DNA of 36,877 nucleotides from Basidiobolus ranarum (GCA_040143965.1 JASJQH010006931.1:1-36877), one strand, 5' to 3'; counted from the first letter of the stretch, positions 1-12,697 are shown. A program made the numbers and translations. Notes: generated from the letters alone by a model not told the origin.

Positions 1-1944
1 ACATCACCAACAATCGCAACCACTTCGCCCTTGTTGACTATCAGGGAGAATCCCTTGATGGTGGGATCGGAACTACCACTCCAACAAAAGGTAGCATTTT
101 TCTACATAAGAGAGGAGTTGAGTGTTTGATTTAAGTAGATGTGGGTAATACTAGTCCATTTACCAAATCAATTTTGGTCCTCTCGTCAGCAGGAGGGTGC
201 TCAGGGGGAGAAGGAGGTTTGACCTCCGGTTGAAGCAAAAACTGGTTGATTCTTTCGAACGATATGAAAGCCCCTGTGAGGAATAGTTGTTATTAATCGA
301 GATTCACAAGATAGCGTCGATGATCTTAATCATACCATAGGTTGTTCTAACAGCTGTTGGGAGCATGACGAAAGGATATCTAAAGTAATGTTCATTAGTC
401 ACTTACTCATTAGCATGAGGTTATCTCAATATTACCTCAATGTATTAAAAGTGGAGAGTATAGTGAACACCAAAGTAGCAGTCAGTTCTCTCTTATAACC
501 GATCTTTTCAAGCATAACGAAGCATATAACTGTCAGCAGAATCGGTGTTCCAAAAATCAAAAGAGCGCTCCAACATTTAACAAGTAATCCACGACGAAGA
601 TGAATCATTTCTTGAGCTCTTGCTTTAGTGACTCTATCGCAGAAGAACGATTCCCAAGCATGGAATTTAATTAGCTTTATGGCTGTGAGGATTTCCGACA
701 TTAGATAAACACGGTAGGTAGTAGTCTGTGACATATCTGTTGATAGTCTGGAGGTGAGTTGGCCTAAAGTATATTGAAGCGGAAACAAGACAATCAAGAT
801 AACGGCAGCTAAAGTATACAAGGATGCTGTGTGTAAATTAGGTGGTCATATTGTGCGATTAGAAAGCAGCATTTACCGGGCACTGCAGCAAGCTTTAGTT
901 CGTAACCAGCAATGGCGATTACAGCTACGAAATGGTTAGTAAAGTCCATAAAACCTAAAGGGATTTCTGTGTATTACCAATAATTTCCAAAGCTGTGCCC
1001 CACAAATAATGAAAATTCACGCAAGCTTCAGCTACACTAGTAGAGTACAAAACATGGGTTAAGCCATTATATATCTATAATCAGATGAGGAATCACTCAA
1101 TACCGATTGCAATCTTCAGCAACCAGGTTCACTTGAAGATAAACTACGTTAATACGGCAAGATTTTACAAAAATCAGAATAGATAAAACGTTTACTTACC
1201 AACATCTCCGATGCCGCCTTGGACTGTTATGAGTTTTAACGATTTGCGGTATATCAGCACCATTAATGCAGCACGAACCTAGGCCATTAAACATATCAAT
1301 ATCATCCGTACTCTTTGACACACAATGAACTAATTGACAAACCTGGATACCGATTCGCGTACACTCAGCGGATAGTTGATGAATGCAGATACTGGAGAAG
1401 ATTGCGGTCAAAAACAAAACTACAGCATATATGTGTGCATTAACATAGGAAGAACGGTCTGTTTCTGATAAAACGTTGGTGCTATAGCGAATCAACTGTT
1501 TCAAAAAATAATACGCTCCGAGGTATATGAAAACAGCCCAAAATATTTTGTAGATTCCAATCAGCATATATTTTCCTTTGAATGTCACGAAAAGAGCACG
1601 TCTGATTGAAGGGACACTAATAAATTAACAATAATCAGCATCGTCAATCTTGACTACTTCTTTCTGCCCTCCTGGAGGGCACCTTGCAATATATCCAGGA
1701 AAGAAGTTCAGCTAATAATTTCTTACCCATCTTTAGGATGCATGCATTCCTTGTGCCAGCTCTTTTCGAGTTTAGAACCGACTACTTTAGCAGTTTCAGA
1801 TTTTCTCAACGTCAACAAATCCAAACCAGTGTCGATAGATTTACATTCAGTCAACAATCGAAAGACCCATACGAAAAACCAATTGGAAAGAAAGTTGGAA
1901 CCACCTAGTTCAATGGTCTCTGGGTGACCGATTTTCCTGGACAT
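1..1944 (-). CDS. ABCC/MRP-type ABC transporter, 5' portion (multi-exon; continues beyond the left edge)
   Basis: ATG at 1944. N-terminal lasso-like SNFLSNWFFVWV; spliced TMD1 text includes GDVVNLVAEDCNRVAEAC, SEILTAIKLIKFHAWE, FNTLRYPF and ISFERINQFLL; NBD1 begins at the window edge (KGEVVAIVGD, start of Walker A). No TMD0 visible. Confidence 0.93.
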
Positions 1945-2543
1945 TCGTAGCTACACTGAATCGATAATACAACAGAATTCGTTTGATGACAAGTATAAAG
2001 GTATATAGGGTAAATATCGGGCAAAAAAGAGAAACACTTGCGAAAGTGAAAAGGCTCTGAAGGCTTTAAGCAACAACCAGCCAAACCTTACTTTCAACTA
2101 AGAAAAAAGGAATTAGATACAGAATGAAGGTCACTATATCAATGGCTGAAGGAAAATTCCAATTTGAATAAAATGAAGCTCACAATGTATTAAACTTGGC
2201 ATCGATTTTGAAAATCTAAGATTCAATCAATAGACAAATAATGGGCCAAAAAGAAAATTCTCCTAGTCCGTACAGTTTCCCACAATTTCTCAAAACATTA
2301 TCGGCCTAGAATACAATTCCAACGTCAAACGGAAGGTCACAGCTCTCATGATTGTTCGAGGAATAGAATTTGATCGACACACAACGATTAGATGTTGTGT
2401 TTCTGCATTGTTTGAATCGTCGGAGCAATTGCGAAACTAAGGATATTTGGGAGCATTACAAAGGACCATTACAAATGTCCGATAATTTGTTATCTTCCTT
2501 GGAATGTTTGGTTTGATTATAAGCTTATCTTACAGGTTTACCC

Positions 2544-2583
2544 GCATTACCTCTGACACGTAGCATTACCGCTGACACGTAGC
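2544..2583. repeat. Two copies of a 19-bp unit (gcattacc[t/g]ctgacacgta)
   Basis: Direct tandem duplication read from the sequence, downstream of the RNase T2 AATAAA. Confidence 0.85.
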
Positions 2584-2668
2584 TCACAGGTGATTCAATT
2601 GGATTTATTACGACAAATAGTTGAATGGGTAAACAGTGGTTTTTTGGTAAACATTGCTTCTTTGGCTT

Positions 2669-3593
2669 CTATTTCACTGGGTATGTAATCGAGCTACTGC
2701 ATGAATGGGAGCCCTTGAAACTATCGGGAACATACGTGTCCTTGCCCTTGACATGGAAATAAGTCCAGATTTCATTGAGAGTACCGGATTTGCACTTGAA
2801 GTAAGGAGTTACGCCCAGTGCCTTTTTGATAGCATCGGCCATCAAGGTTTGCTTGTAGGTGCCCCCCGGCTTGATGCCAGCAGCAGCCAGAGCACCATAG
2901 AAGTTATATTTTGCACGAAGGCTCAATACAGTTTGGAAATAATCTTTCATATCCTCATATTCCTCATAGTCTGACCCATAACAGTCGGGATCCAAAGTAG
3001 AGACACAAGTTCCGTGCTTGGCCCATTCATGCTCCCTACATTTGCGATAATTGATTTACGGTAATTAATAATGGGGAATCCGTGAACTATCAAAGTACCA
3101 CTAACCAGAAAGCACCGTTATCATCCTTGTACGACGGCCAGTAAGTATTCATCTGATTGTAAAGACTGCTGTTAGAGCTTTGGAGAATACCATCAATATC
3201 GGTATAGGCACGAGAGGTGTCACACCCTTCACTTGGGCCTTGTCCTCCGGAGCTATATAGTAGATAAAAGATGGCTCAGGATTCAATCGTTTTAAATATA
3301 AATTGATATATATGATATACCAAGTATTTGGCCATAAGCCATGAAGAGTAAAGGCATCCTTGGGCCCAAGAGCTTTGATCCACTAAGAGACGGTCAGGAA
3401 ATAAACGAATATATCAAACTCAGAATAAGACTCGTACCTGCTGGGTAAGAACGATAACTCCGTAAGAAGGAACACAGCACGTGTCGGCACCAGGAGCGGC
3501 ACATGAAATTCCATCAATGGGTCAGGAATCTTGTGCAATAACGGTAGCCAAAGAAGCTAAGGCGCCCAAAGTCAGGAAGTTCAGAAGCTTCAT
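2669..3593 (-). CDS. Secreted ribonuclease T2 with an in-frame TGA at codon 24 (nonsense allele or recoded stop)
   Basis: Exons 3593-3438, 3382-3321, 3252-3106, 3035-2669, all GT-AG. Signal peptide MKLLNFLTLGALASLATVIA; CAS I FTLHGLWP; CAS II FWEHEWAKHGTC; DTCC motif. TGA at 3522-3524. Confidence 0.92.
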
Positions 3594-3644
3594 TCTTGAT
3601 AGAAGTGAGGATAGGATACTGTTTGGTTGTGTTAAGACTCCCCC

Positions 3645-3651
3645 TTTTATA
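3645..3651 (-). promoter_or_regulatory. TATA box of the RNase T2 gene
   Basis: TATAAAA about 50 nt upstream of the ATG at 3593. Confidence 0.55.
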
Positions 3652-4386
3652 ACTTTTCGCCATTCAATAAGTGTAAACTCCGTGAAAGATATCTACCAAG
3701 TTGAAACCTGAGCAACGTTGCTACATGAATCAGTATCGAAGTCGCGCATCCCATAGAATCTTGATTTTACTGTATTAAGGAAAGGCACCAAGGGAATGGT
3801 TTATCCATAGGTTCGGGGACAATACGAGCCCAATTGCAGGTGATTAGAGCAGTCTTCAACGTGGGATTCAGATGCTACAACAGATTCAATGGCCAATAAA
3901 ACTGGGTAATCTATTCTCATTCGCTTGAGCTATCTCTTCGTGAACAGTAACAGAACATAGGTTGGTTAAATCTTCCCATTCCTAATTAGTGTTGGACTTA
4001 TGAGTCGGTGATCTTGTATCTTGTAGTTCCCATATATGGCGTCGATCACCTTGACAATGTGACTTAACATGAAGCTGAGTTTCTGTGGGAACGAGTCGTA
4101 AGAAACGTCATATAACATAATCCGATCAATATTATCTACTTATAAAGAACACGCCCATTGACAATTCCGATATCGTTTATTAATTATCTCGAATGGACAA
4201 TCCCATAGTTTTTGAGTAATTAATTAATTAACGGAGATGCTCTTTCTCGTAACCAAAACATCCACAGAGTACTTCTTAGTATATTGTCTATGTTGGAGAC
4301 AGAAAGAGAGAAAAATTTACAGTTACTCAAATAAAAGTGGTCATGAAATAGGCTACGAATTTAAAATTAATCATTGTATTTTCAGT

Positions 4387-5989
4387 TTACCATTCATCTT
4401 CGTCTTTTGTACCTCCGATAATGTTACTTGCAAACACAACTAGATAACCTGTAAATCTCATACTACACCCGCGGTATAAGCCGCGCACACCCCAGCGTTG
4501 CCACCAAGTCTTGTTGATGGCTTTTGAATGGATATTTTCGATGTGATCTGGTGAATTCCTGAGTTTTTGTGAACGCTCCATCTTGGCTTTTCTGCTGCGT
4601 CTATTTTGGCTACCTCCTTCTTCAGAAATAATTCGATATGCACAATCTACAAAGCCGTAATAGGGTTTAGCTCGGGTGTCAACTATCGTCTCCAAGCGTT
4701 TAGTAGGATGTCTCTGGATTTGACACTGAAGTCTTTTACGAATAGTATCCACTGGCATAGTAACTATCAGTTGCAATGTACGTAGGCCCAGCTCCGCAAA
4801 GCTATATAAAATGGGAGAATCGGCGGGGGACAGATTAAAGAAACGATCAATTACCAAGGGAATTGTATTCCCAATTAAAGGAGTCAGAGTGTGGTATAGG
4901 ATTGTAGGAAAGAGATTATAAGACCAGTAGAAAGTGGTGAGGCCTTCTTCTTGAATTATCGTTCTTAATGCGTGAAAGAATCCACGATATTTTTTATGTT
5001 GTGGAGATGAGCTCTGAATAATCAATCTATCATTAGAGGCAAACATTTAGAGACCATGTACCAATAGGGAGTCAAACGAGCATTAAGTACCTAGTTCGAA
5101 TCACTTCTAAGGGGCTTAAGACTACACCAGTAACAACATGACTGGTAACCATCGTCACAACATTTGGAAGCGCTCTTTCCAAATGGACCAGAGGTATTGT
5201 ATCATCATACAAATCAAAACTATCGTTGAGTATAGCTTCGATAGAAGGTTGAAACAAGACCTCTCCCAAGTCATGAATCCAGTTAGTGAATTGACCTTTA
5301 AAATTTATCTCAGTTTGGCAACTTCAACTACAGTGGCGTACGTAACAATACCTTTCCAAAGTGACTGCCACCCTTCATTCGGGTGCTTCACCAATGTTTG
5401 CATAGAGTCCCAAACTCCTGCTTCAAGGGGCGGAAGTAGATGCGACGGTTTAGCAAGGTTACCATTGAATTATCCTCTATTTTGGACGTTATGGTCAAGG
5501 TTTACATCATAAAACTCAGGGTCGTCTGAATCTTCATCCTATTCATTAATATTTCACGTAAGTATTACCCTCACGATATATGAGACAACACAAATAAAGT
5601 ATAACGTGTATTTAAACAGGTGAATTAAATTCATACTGACTAACCTGAAGTCTTCGCTCCTCTTCAAGAGAGCTATTGATTAAATGCTCCTCACTAGGCA
5701 AATATTGAACCTGAAGCAAAGTTTCGCCGACATGGAAAGGAAAAACAAGACCAGTGGTTAAGTAACGAATGCCAGCGTAAGTGGCAAGCTCCTTTGTTGT
5801 AAGTTTTTCGTCAAAATCCAAGACCTTTAGATCAGTTAAATTGCTTAAGTATGTGGTATTTGCTTGTGTTAGATTGAAGGATTCTTCTCGAGAGTTCAGA
5901 GGAACTTTATGAGCGTAAGGGCGATATTTATTTTCTGGAGAAGGCATGTAGGACTTTGTAGAGAAATTAGAGGCCTGTTGATATGGCAT
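4387..5989 (-). CDS. UGO1: Mitochondrial outer-membrane fusion protein Ugo1 / SLC25A46-like (degenerate carrier fold), multi-exon
   Basis: N-terminal YRPY; PFHVGETLLQVQY; carrier signatures PLEVIRTRL and PVDTIRKRLQCQ; GLYRG near the C-terminus. First in-frame ATG at 5989. Confidence 0.88.
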
Positions 5990-6371
5990 ATTATTCGGGG
6001 CCACTATGGGTTTCCAAGGACAGGATGTAGCAGAAACTTGTCGACGTGACCGATTAAAATGCTTGGAGGATTAAATCTCAGAAACAATAATTTTTACTAA
6101 ATCCTGCTAAATCCTCAAAATGCAATTTATCAGTTGACAGAGAGGAATTCCTATAATATTCAAAGCAATTTATCAAAGTGTAAAACAAGTGTAAATAAAA
6201 TATATATGGGAGTATTAGATATAATTTCATAGAGATCAGCCCTAACCCTAAATGTTTTGAATAATTCACCCAATTCATCCACCCAATACATTTATATTGC
6301 AACACGCTCCATTTGCTTAGCCTTTTTGCAACTGTTGCCTATATCTCTTACCAAAACTACTCTCGCAAAAG

Positions 6372-9300
6372 ATGGCAGGTGAGTGCATATATACAATAGT
6401 TTTCCTCATCTTAAGCTCCTTGCTATCTTGGATATACTAAATCACTTATTGTTTTCTGTTGCAGATCTTGGCCTATCGTATCATGACTTAGATCAGCAGT
6501 TCGATTCTGAAATGTTCTTGGAGAACCTAAACTCACCAGAAGGTTGGTTTCGTGCACATGCACGTATCTTTTTCTGACCGAACATGGGATGGGTCTTTAA
6601 TCTTACGAATAATTTGAAATTTAGTTTCCGAAGACGAACCAAAGTATTCACCTCTCGAGAAAGTGTTCCTGTACTCAAAAAGCGACCTCACCGCACATCG
6701 GTATTTTCAACCTAGTATATTTATTTGCCACTCTAATAGCTGACTAACATATTGGCGAAAAGGATTTGGATAGCCAAGGAACTACCTGATCTAGTTCGAG
6801 AGATAGATATTCCAGAAGCACTCGAATATGTGATTCCTCTTTTATATGAGCTTGGAAGTGATGACGGTACGCTTCTTGCGCTGCTGCTGTTGTTGAAATT
6901 AACATTTAACTTTGGATGGTTTGGGATTTCTAGCGGATAAAGTTCGGGAGATATTTGCTGAGAATCTGGATCAGGTTCTATTGTATTTATACAAGGTTAG
7001 AGTGCTTTGCATATAATAATGTAACATAAATCATCCAATTTGATCGAATCCTGACAATTGAATGGTTAAATTAGACTTGTCCACCCAGTATATCCGACGA
7101 ACTCAACAATCTGGATCAACTGGCGCCGAATTCATTTTCCCTCCTGCTGCGCACCCTGATTTTGGAGTGGAACATCATCATAGCTTCTGCCATTCAGAAA
7201 TGCGTTGTTTCTCTCGCAAAGGAGTTGAGTAAAGATCTTGTTGACCAAGAAATCATCCATGGCATTGTAATTCAACTCGGAAATGGTGAGGGATGTCTAC
7301 GATCCGAAGAGAAGGATCAAGGGAAAGTCGCTATGCTTAAGGTATGTTTTGAACTTTGACATTATCTTCAAGGACTGGATTTAACCATGCATGTGCAGAT
7401 AATGGTGATTCTGGCTGAGGTTGTAGATGTCAGCTCTATTGTAGATGTCTTTATTCCTGTGTTGTCGCAAATAGTTCATGACCCTACTTTTGGTGTTCGG
7501 AAAGTATGTTATTTTCCAGAAGAGAGACCAGCCAACGACTTTACTCACAAGCCCTCTTTAGGAAATACCTGCAACTATCAGCGCTATTGTCAAAGTGGTT
7601 TCCAATGAAGTTGCGGTGGACGTTTTGGTATTTGCTTCCGTTTGTCTTTTCAACTTGATTACAAATGTCTCATTGAAGTGTAAATAGCTACCTTTGTTTG
7701 AGCAGCTGGCTAGTGATGATATATGGCAGGTGCGAAAATCCTGTGCCCTTGTTTTACCGGAAATATGTGCTTCTGTCCCATTGTCTGCACAGTTGGAGAG
7801 ATGCATACCTATATTTGAGACTATGGCCACCGATGTGAGTCGATGGGTGCAAACATGTGTGGAAGACGGATTGGGTCGACTGATCGCTATCTTTGAAGGC
7901 AAAGAGGTTTGTTTTTTTACAAGTAGACATCTGTAAATCGGTATCGATAATGAACCATCTCTCTGTCAAAACAACTTAGGTTCCTGAAACTCTTATTGAT
8001 AAATATATGTCGTTGTTTCCGTCATCAAATAAGAACTCTATTCGTGATCCTGACAGAACACTCAGATGCGCTTATAACTTCCCCGGTATTGGATTGCTTA
8101 AATTTCCGAGCCTTCAAACCTTGTTTAACCAGATTTTATCAATCAGCTGTTCTGTTGACGCTGGGTCCCAATAGGTGGTCAGAATTTGCTGAGGATTATA
8201 TTGCTCTCTGCCGAGATACTCAGGTAAGTTGACCTAGCTATGTATGGATAGGCAGACACTAATTCGTACATTAATAGATGAGCGTACGTCGCACATTGGC
8301 TTACTCTCTCCATGAAGTTGCAAAGTTGATGAAAGATAGTTCGGATATCTGTGATCGACAATTGGCGCCTCTTTTCGGCTTCTTTATGATGGATACGGAC
8401 GAAGTAACTCTACAGTTTCTATCTCGCTATTGTGAACATCTTCTAACTGATTCTATTTCAGATAAGAATCGGAGTCTTACAGAATGCCTCCGTCTTTCTA
8501 GAATGTTTAAGCCCACCCACGCGAGAAATGTACTTGTCGGTGTTGGAGGATATTTGGGAAGCGGAGTCTAGAAATTGGAGAATTCGCGAACATGTTGCAC
8601 AGTAAGCATATCTCAATGTCAATATGGTTTCTAACAGTCATCTAATGCCTTGGTTATTAGACAATTACCTGCTTTATGCAACATTTACCCCGCCGCTACT
8701 ACTGTGAAAACCATTCTACCTATCACTGTTAAATGTCTAAATGACTCCGTCTCTCGTGTTAGAGAGACAGCTATCTCTGCTGTAAGAATTGATTCACTAT
8801 TGTATGCTAAACTCAAATCCTGACATTTTACTCTTAGCTGCCTATCATTTATAGACAAGCCAAAGATGACCCAGACCTTTCTTCAAAGGTTTTCGAGACG
8901 ATTCTTAAATTCGGTTTAGCTTCCTCATTCCGAGACCGGATGATGTAATTAACTGACTAAAGTAACAACTAGTATCAATCACTAATCTCAAAACTCTTCA
9001 TATGATAGATTTGTTCAAGCCTGCCAAGTCTTACTCGAAGGTGAAATGGAGTTGACCAAGTTTGGAGAAGTACTGATGTCGGTCTTCAATCAACTCGGTA
9101 GTGATCCAGTAGTCAATGTTAGATTTTTGGTTGCCCGGACCACTAAAATGTTGATCACCAACCTACATGGTATTTGCTTGCACTTGTTCTTGACATGATG
9201 AGTTTCATTCTAATCTATTGCGTCAATTTAGAAAATGAGGAGTTGGAATGTTCAACCAAATTCAAGGAACAGCTGGAAAGTTTAGTCAATCGTTTGGGGA

Positions 9301-9689
9301 ATGATTCTGACTCTGAGATCAAAGCTCTACTAGAAGAACATTTAACCTCCCATCCTGCTCCAACCCAAGAAGGTGCCAGTGGAAGCGATATTAATTGTCA
9401 AATACCTCAAACCCTTGTCGTACAACCCGAAGGAAGCATGGAGGCAAGCTCGAAGGCTGAGACCGAAGATCGCATTGAGAATGTCACTAAACAGACCGAG
9501 AGCATCAAAATCTCTGAACCTATCAAAATTACACGTGTTGTATCTGCTTCGAATAACTCTAAACCTCTTGACTTAATAGATTCGGATCAATCTTGTAATA
9601 GCAACGAGTCAATTACCAAAATTAACGGAAATTCTCACGATGCTTCAACTAACTCTACAGCCATTTCTTCTCTGGATTTGGAAAATTGA
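6372..9689 (+). CDS. PPP4R1: HEAT-repeat protein phosphatase 4 regulatory subunit 1-like, many short introns
   Basis: 7-nt first coding exon ATGGCAG|GTGAGT giving MADLGL. HEAT motifs DPTFGVRK, DDIWQVRKSCA, DVSRWV, CAYNFPAVLLTLG, VRRTLAYSLHEVA, NWRIRE, DSVSRVRE and DPVVNVR match the PP4R1/PP2A-A pattern. TGA at 9687-9689. Confidence 0.85.
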
Positions 9690-10169
9690 CATTTCAAACA
9701 CCGTGAAACTTCATATTGACGATCATTTTTTATATACGCTAACAGTAATTCATTATGTATAACACCCCTACATATTCAACCATTTCCCTCACCTTCCCCT
9801 CACCTCACACCTTCGTTCGTTCCTTTTTCCTCATTTACCAAACTTCTTGTAGAATATCAAAGATTTGATCCACTAGCAGAAGACTCGAAATTAGGGTGGG
9901 AACTGCTCGATCCTTGTCCTTTTCGTCATAAATTTTGTTCACGTTCTGTGCAATACCTCTCCATTCTATTCTCTATCCTTTTTGTTAGATAAACATGATA
10001 AAAATGTTTCTTTCCCTACATTCATTGAATGATATATACATCTTACATTTGGCACTATTTCTTCGAACATTTCCAAATTTATCACTTTGATAGTCGAATG
10101 GAAACATGAATTCAATTATCATCATTGTCGCGATATTTCCAATGCATTGGATGAAGACGTACAAAATTG

Positions 10170-10986
10170 AGGTTCAGTTTCAAGTTGAGACGTAGGCTTA
10201 TGTGGGATAGCATTGTGATAAATGAATGAAGTAGTAGAAGTTCAAAGGTTGTTTTCAACTTCTTGGTGTCCATCAACGAAGAATCCCATATAGTCCACTG
10301 ATTTTAAGCTTATATCTCGTGGTTTAAATCTCCGATGGACTGCATTAGATCCAGTAAAGAATCTCAGAGAACTTGTGAGCGTCTTCTCTGTAGCAAAAGT
10401 ATCATCAGTAAACGAAATACCAGCAAGATAAACATACCACCATAAAGGACACAAGTACTTCATCCAAAAGATACTATTGTATCCTGGACGATAACCGTAG
10501 TAAACATTGTTCGAAGAAATGAAAATATTTCGAGTGACTAGGTATCCATTAGGTGCTAGAGGAACTAGATGTGCATCGACACTATGACCAATATACGCTA
10601 ATGGGAGTTCCGGATACGCTGAGTGCATATAATCGAGAATAGCTGGCAAGTCCAAAAATCTCCGATCCGTAATAATTGCTTTCTTGCCTTTAACTTCTAT
10701 TTACACAAATGGTGGCTTGCTTGTTTTGTACACTAGAAGGAGGAAATGAATCACCCACATCACAATAGTCCTAAGTGATAGCTACGCGTTTGGAACTAGT
10801 AGCCAAGTATTCAGGAAAAGGAGCGTAAAACTGTCGCAGTATTGCAGTGGCAGAGCTTATGACCACTGCTGTTTCAAGAACCAGATGCCCATTTCCGGGC
10901 TTAGTCTTAGGTGTAAATAGAGATGCGTGTATGGGAAAGCCATTAACAGCAGGTACAATAATGTCGAGGCCTTTCTTTGTATTCAT
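10170..10986 (-). pseudogene. Degraded copy of the alpha/beta hydrolase at 12698-13741
   Basis: TAC>TAG stop at 10771-10773; splice donor GT>GC; deletion of the intron 3' half and the start of exon 2; internal deletion; GHSVG>GHSVD; GHMGFF>DYMGFF; second stop at 10242; C-terminal AKL lost. Confidence 0.92.
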
Positions 10987-11629
10987 GACCATTTTTGATA
11001 GAGAAATGTAGCCAAGTCAACTATATATGGCTACCATCATGTTGTAAGGGGTGCATTGAAACATATTGGTTTTCCTAAACAGTCTGATTGGTCAAGACAT
11101 AATGAGTGCATACAAGCATTATTTGATATTAACATTAATGATGTTGCAACTAAAGTAAACATCACACCTTCTAGGCTGATATCTACTAGACTGCTTATGA
11201 ATACACGTTCGGTCGATCCAAGATAGATAAACAAATCCATAATAAATCGAGTAAATCAGTCTTGGTGAACTTATCCATATTAGTCGCTAAAATCCCATGA
11301 TTGAATCCAACTATTGGCCGGAGATTGTTTTCCATAGTTGTTAGGGATTGTAAATAACCACCAACGATTTCACTAATAACACTGATAGTTCCGATTCGAG
11401 ATTGATTCGAGATTGAAAGCTTGGATTGATTTTTTAATTCCAAGAACGAGGCTTGGTGTACGTGAAAGCCTTCCAAATATTGACAGATAATCCCAAAGAT
11501 GGACCGATTTAAAAAAAACTCCCTTCGAAAAAGACGCTACTATCATGAAGATTGGGGCAAGCAAAAGATATATATTGGAGACAACGTCTGTATCAGATAC
11601 CTTGCTACTTTTTGAACCCATTATTCAAC

Positions 11630-12303
11630 ATGAACCGCCTATTGCAGATCGTTTTAAGCCTCTTATTAGCCTTCAATTTTGTCGCTGCTAACATCGAAAT
11701 CACCTTTCCAGTTGATCATGAATATCGAGCTGGAGTCCAATACCCCATCACTTGGTCAGTACATTAATATTCACTACAGACAACTAACTTGAACTAACCG
11801 AGTGAGCTTTTAGGAAGGAAATTGGTGGCGCACCTACTCCCGCACTTTTCACTATTAACCTTGTTTACGGAAAAGAAACTGACCTCCAAGTCCAAAGTCT
11901 TATTGTCCAAAACACTGATTCTAAGACTGGTATTTATTTATGGTATATCCTCCCCTCTACTAGACCTAGTACCGAGTATGCCATCGAAATTACAAATGGT
12001 CAAGATTATTGGTACAGCCATTACTTTACTATTTCGAACCCTGGCCAGCCTAGTTTGTCCTCAATTCCTAACCCAGCCCCAACTTCATCTACCTCTGACG
12101 CTAAGGAAGCTTCCGATAAAAAGAATCACCAAGACAGTGATAGCCAGAACAACAGCACTACTTCAAGCAGCACTACTTCAAGCAGCACTGCCTCAAGCAT
12201 CGCTACCTCTGTCAAGAAATCCTCAGATAAAAAGAGTAATGGTTTCTTGGTTAACGCAGGGTTTATTGGTGTTGTTGGCGTGATTACATCTCTCTTCATG
12301 TAA
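11630..12303 (+). CDS. GPI-anchored Ser/Thr-rich cell-wall protein, Kre9/KNH-like N-terminal domain (copy A, 204 aa)
   Basis: Exons 11630-11754 and 11814-12303. Signal peptide; AGVQYPITW...YAIEI...YSHYFTI domain; S/T stalk; KSNG followed by a hydrophobic C-terminal tail. Confidence 0.87.
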
Positions 12304-12697
12304 AAGACCTAAGATTGTCCAATTTAAATAATGATCATTTTTTATATACGCTAACCGTAATTCATTAAGTACCACGCCTTTACATATTCAAGTGTATTCT
12401 CCTCTTTCCTTTAACTCTCCCTTCTTTACCCTTCATTTACTGAACTTCCTATAGAATATCAAAGATTTGTTCCACTAGAAGTATACTTAAAAATAGAGTG
12501 GAAGCTGCTCATTCCATATCCTTTTTGTTAAATAAATATTAAAAACCTGACTCTTTTCATTCAATACTATACACCGAGTTTAGCCCAAGGGTACATGATT
12601 TTCTCTAAAAACCCCGCTACTATTATATTTCGATGGTGCTAATGTTGGTGGTATAGAAGTTTTTATATCAAAGTCGTAATAATCCCAAAGTATTGGA

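Noticed and set aside
2379-2400. Hairpin ACACAAC-n8-GTTGTGT
   Set aside because: A single 7-bp stem is expected by chance and has no RNA-gene features.
2280-2668. SECIS element downstream of RNase T2
   Set aside because: No AUGA/GA core with an apical AA was found by eye, and AATAAA lies only about 60 nt after the stop. A covariance search is still needed to exclude it.
3522-3524. Genome-wide reassignment of UGA to Cys or Trp
   Set aside because: TGA serves as the apparent true stop of PP4R1 (9687), the hydrolase (12698), cystinosin (32013) and PAQR (34460), and I noticed no in-frame TGA in the other intact genes.
11822-12283. 153-aa ORF in the ORF track
   Set aside because: Alternate frame overlapping exon 2 of GPI copy A; the spliced frame is the one conserved with copy B.
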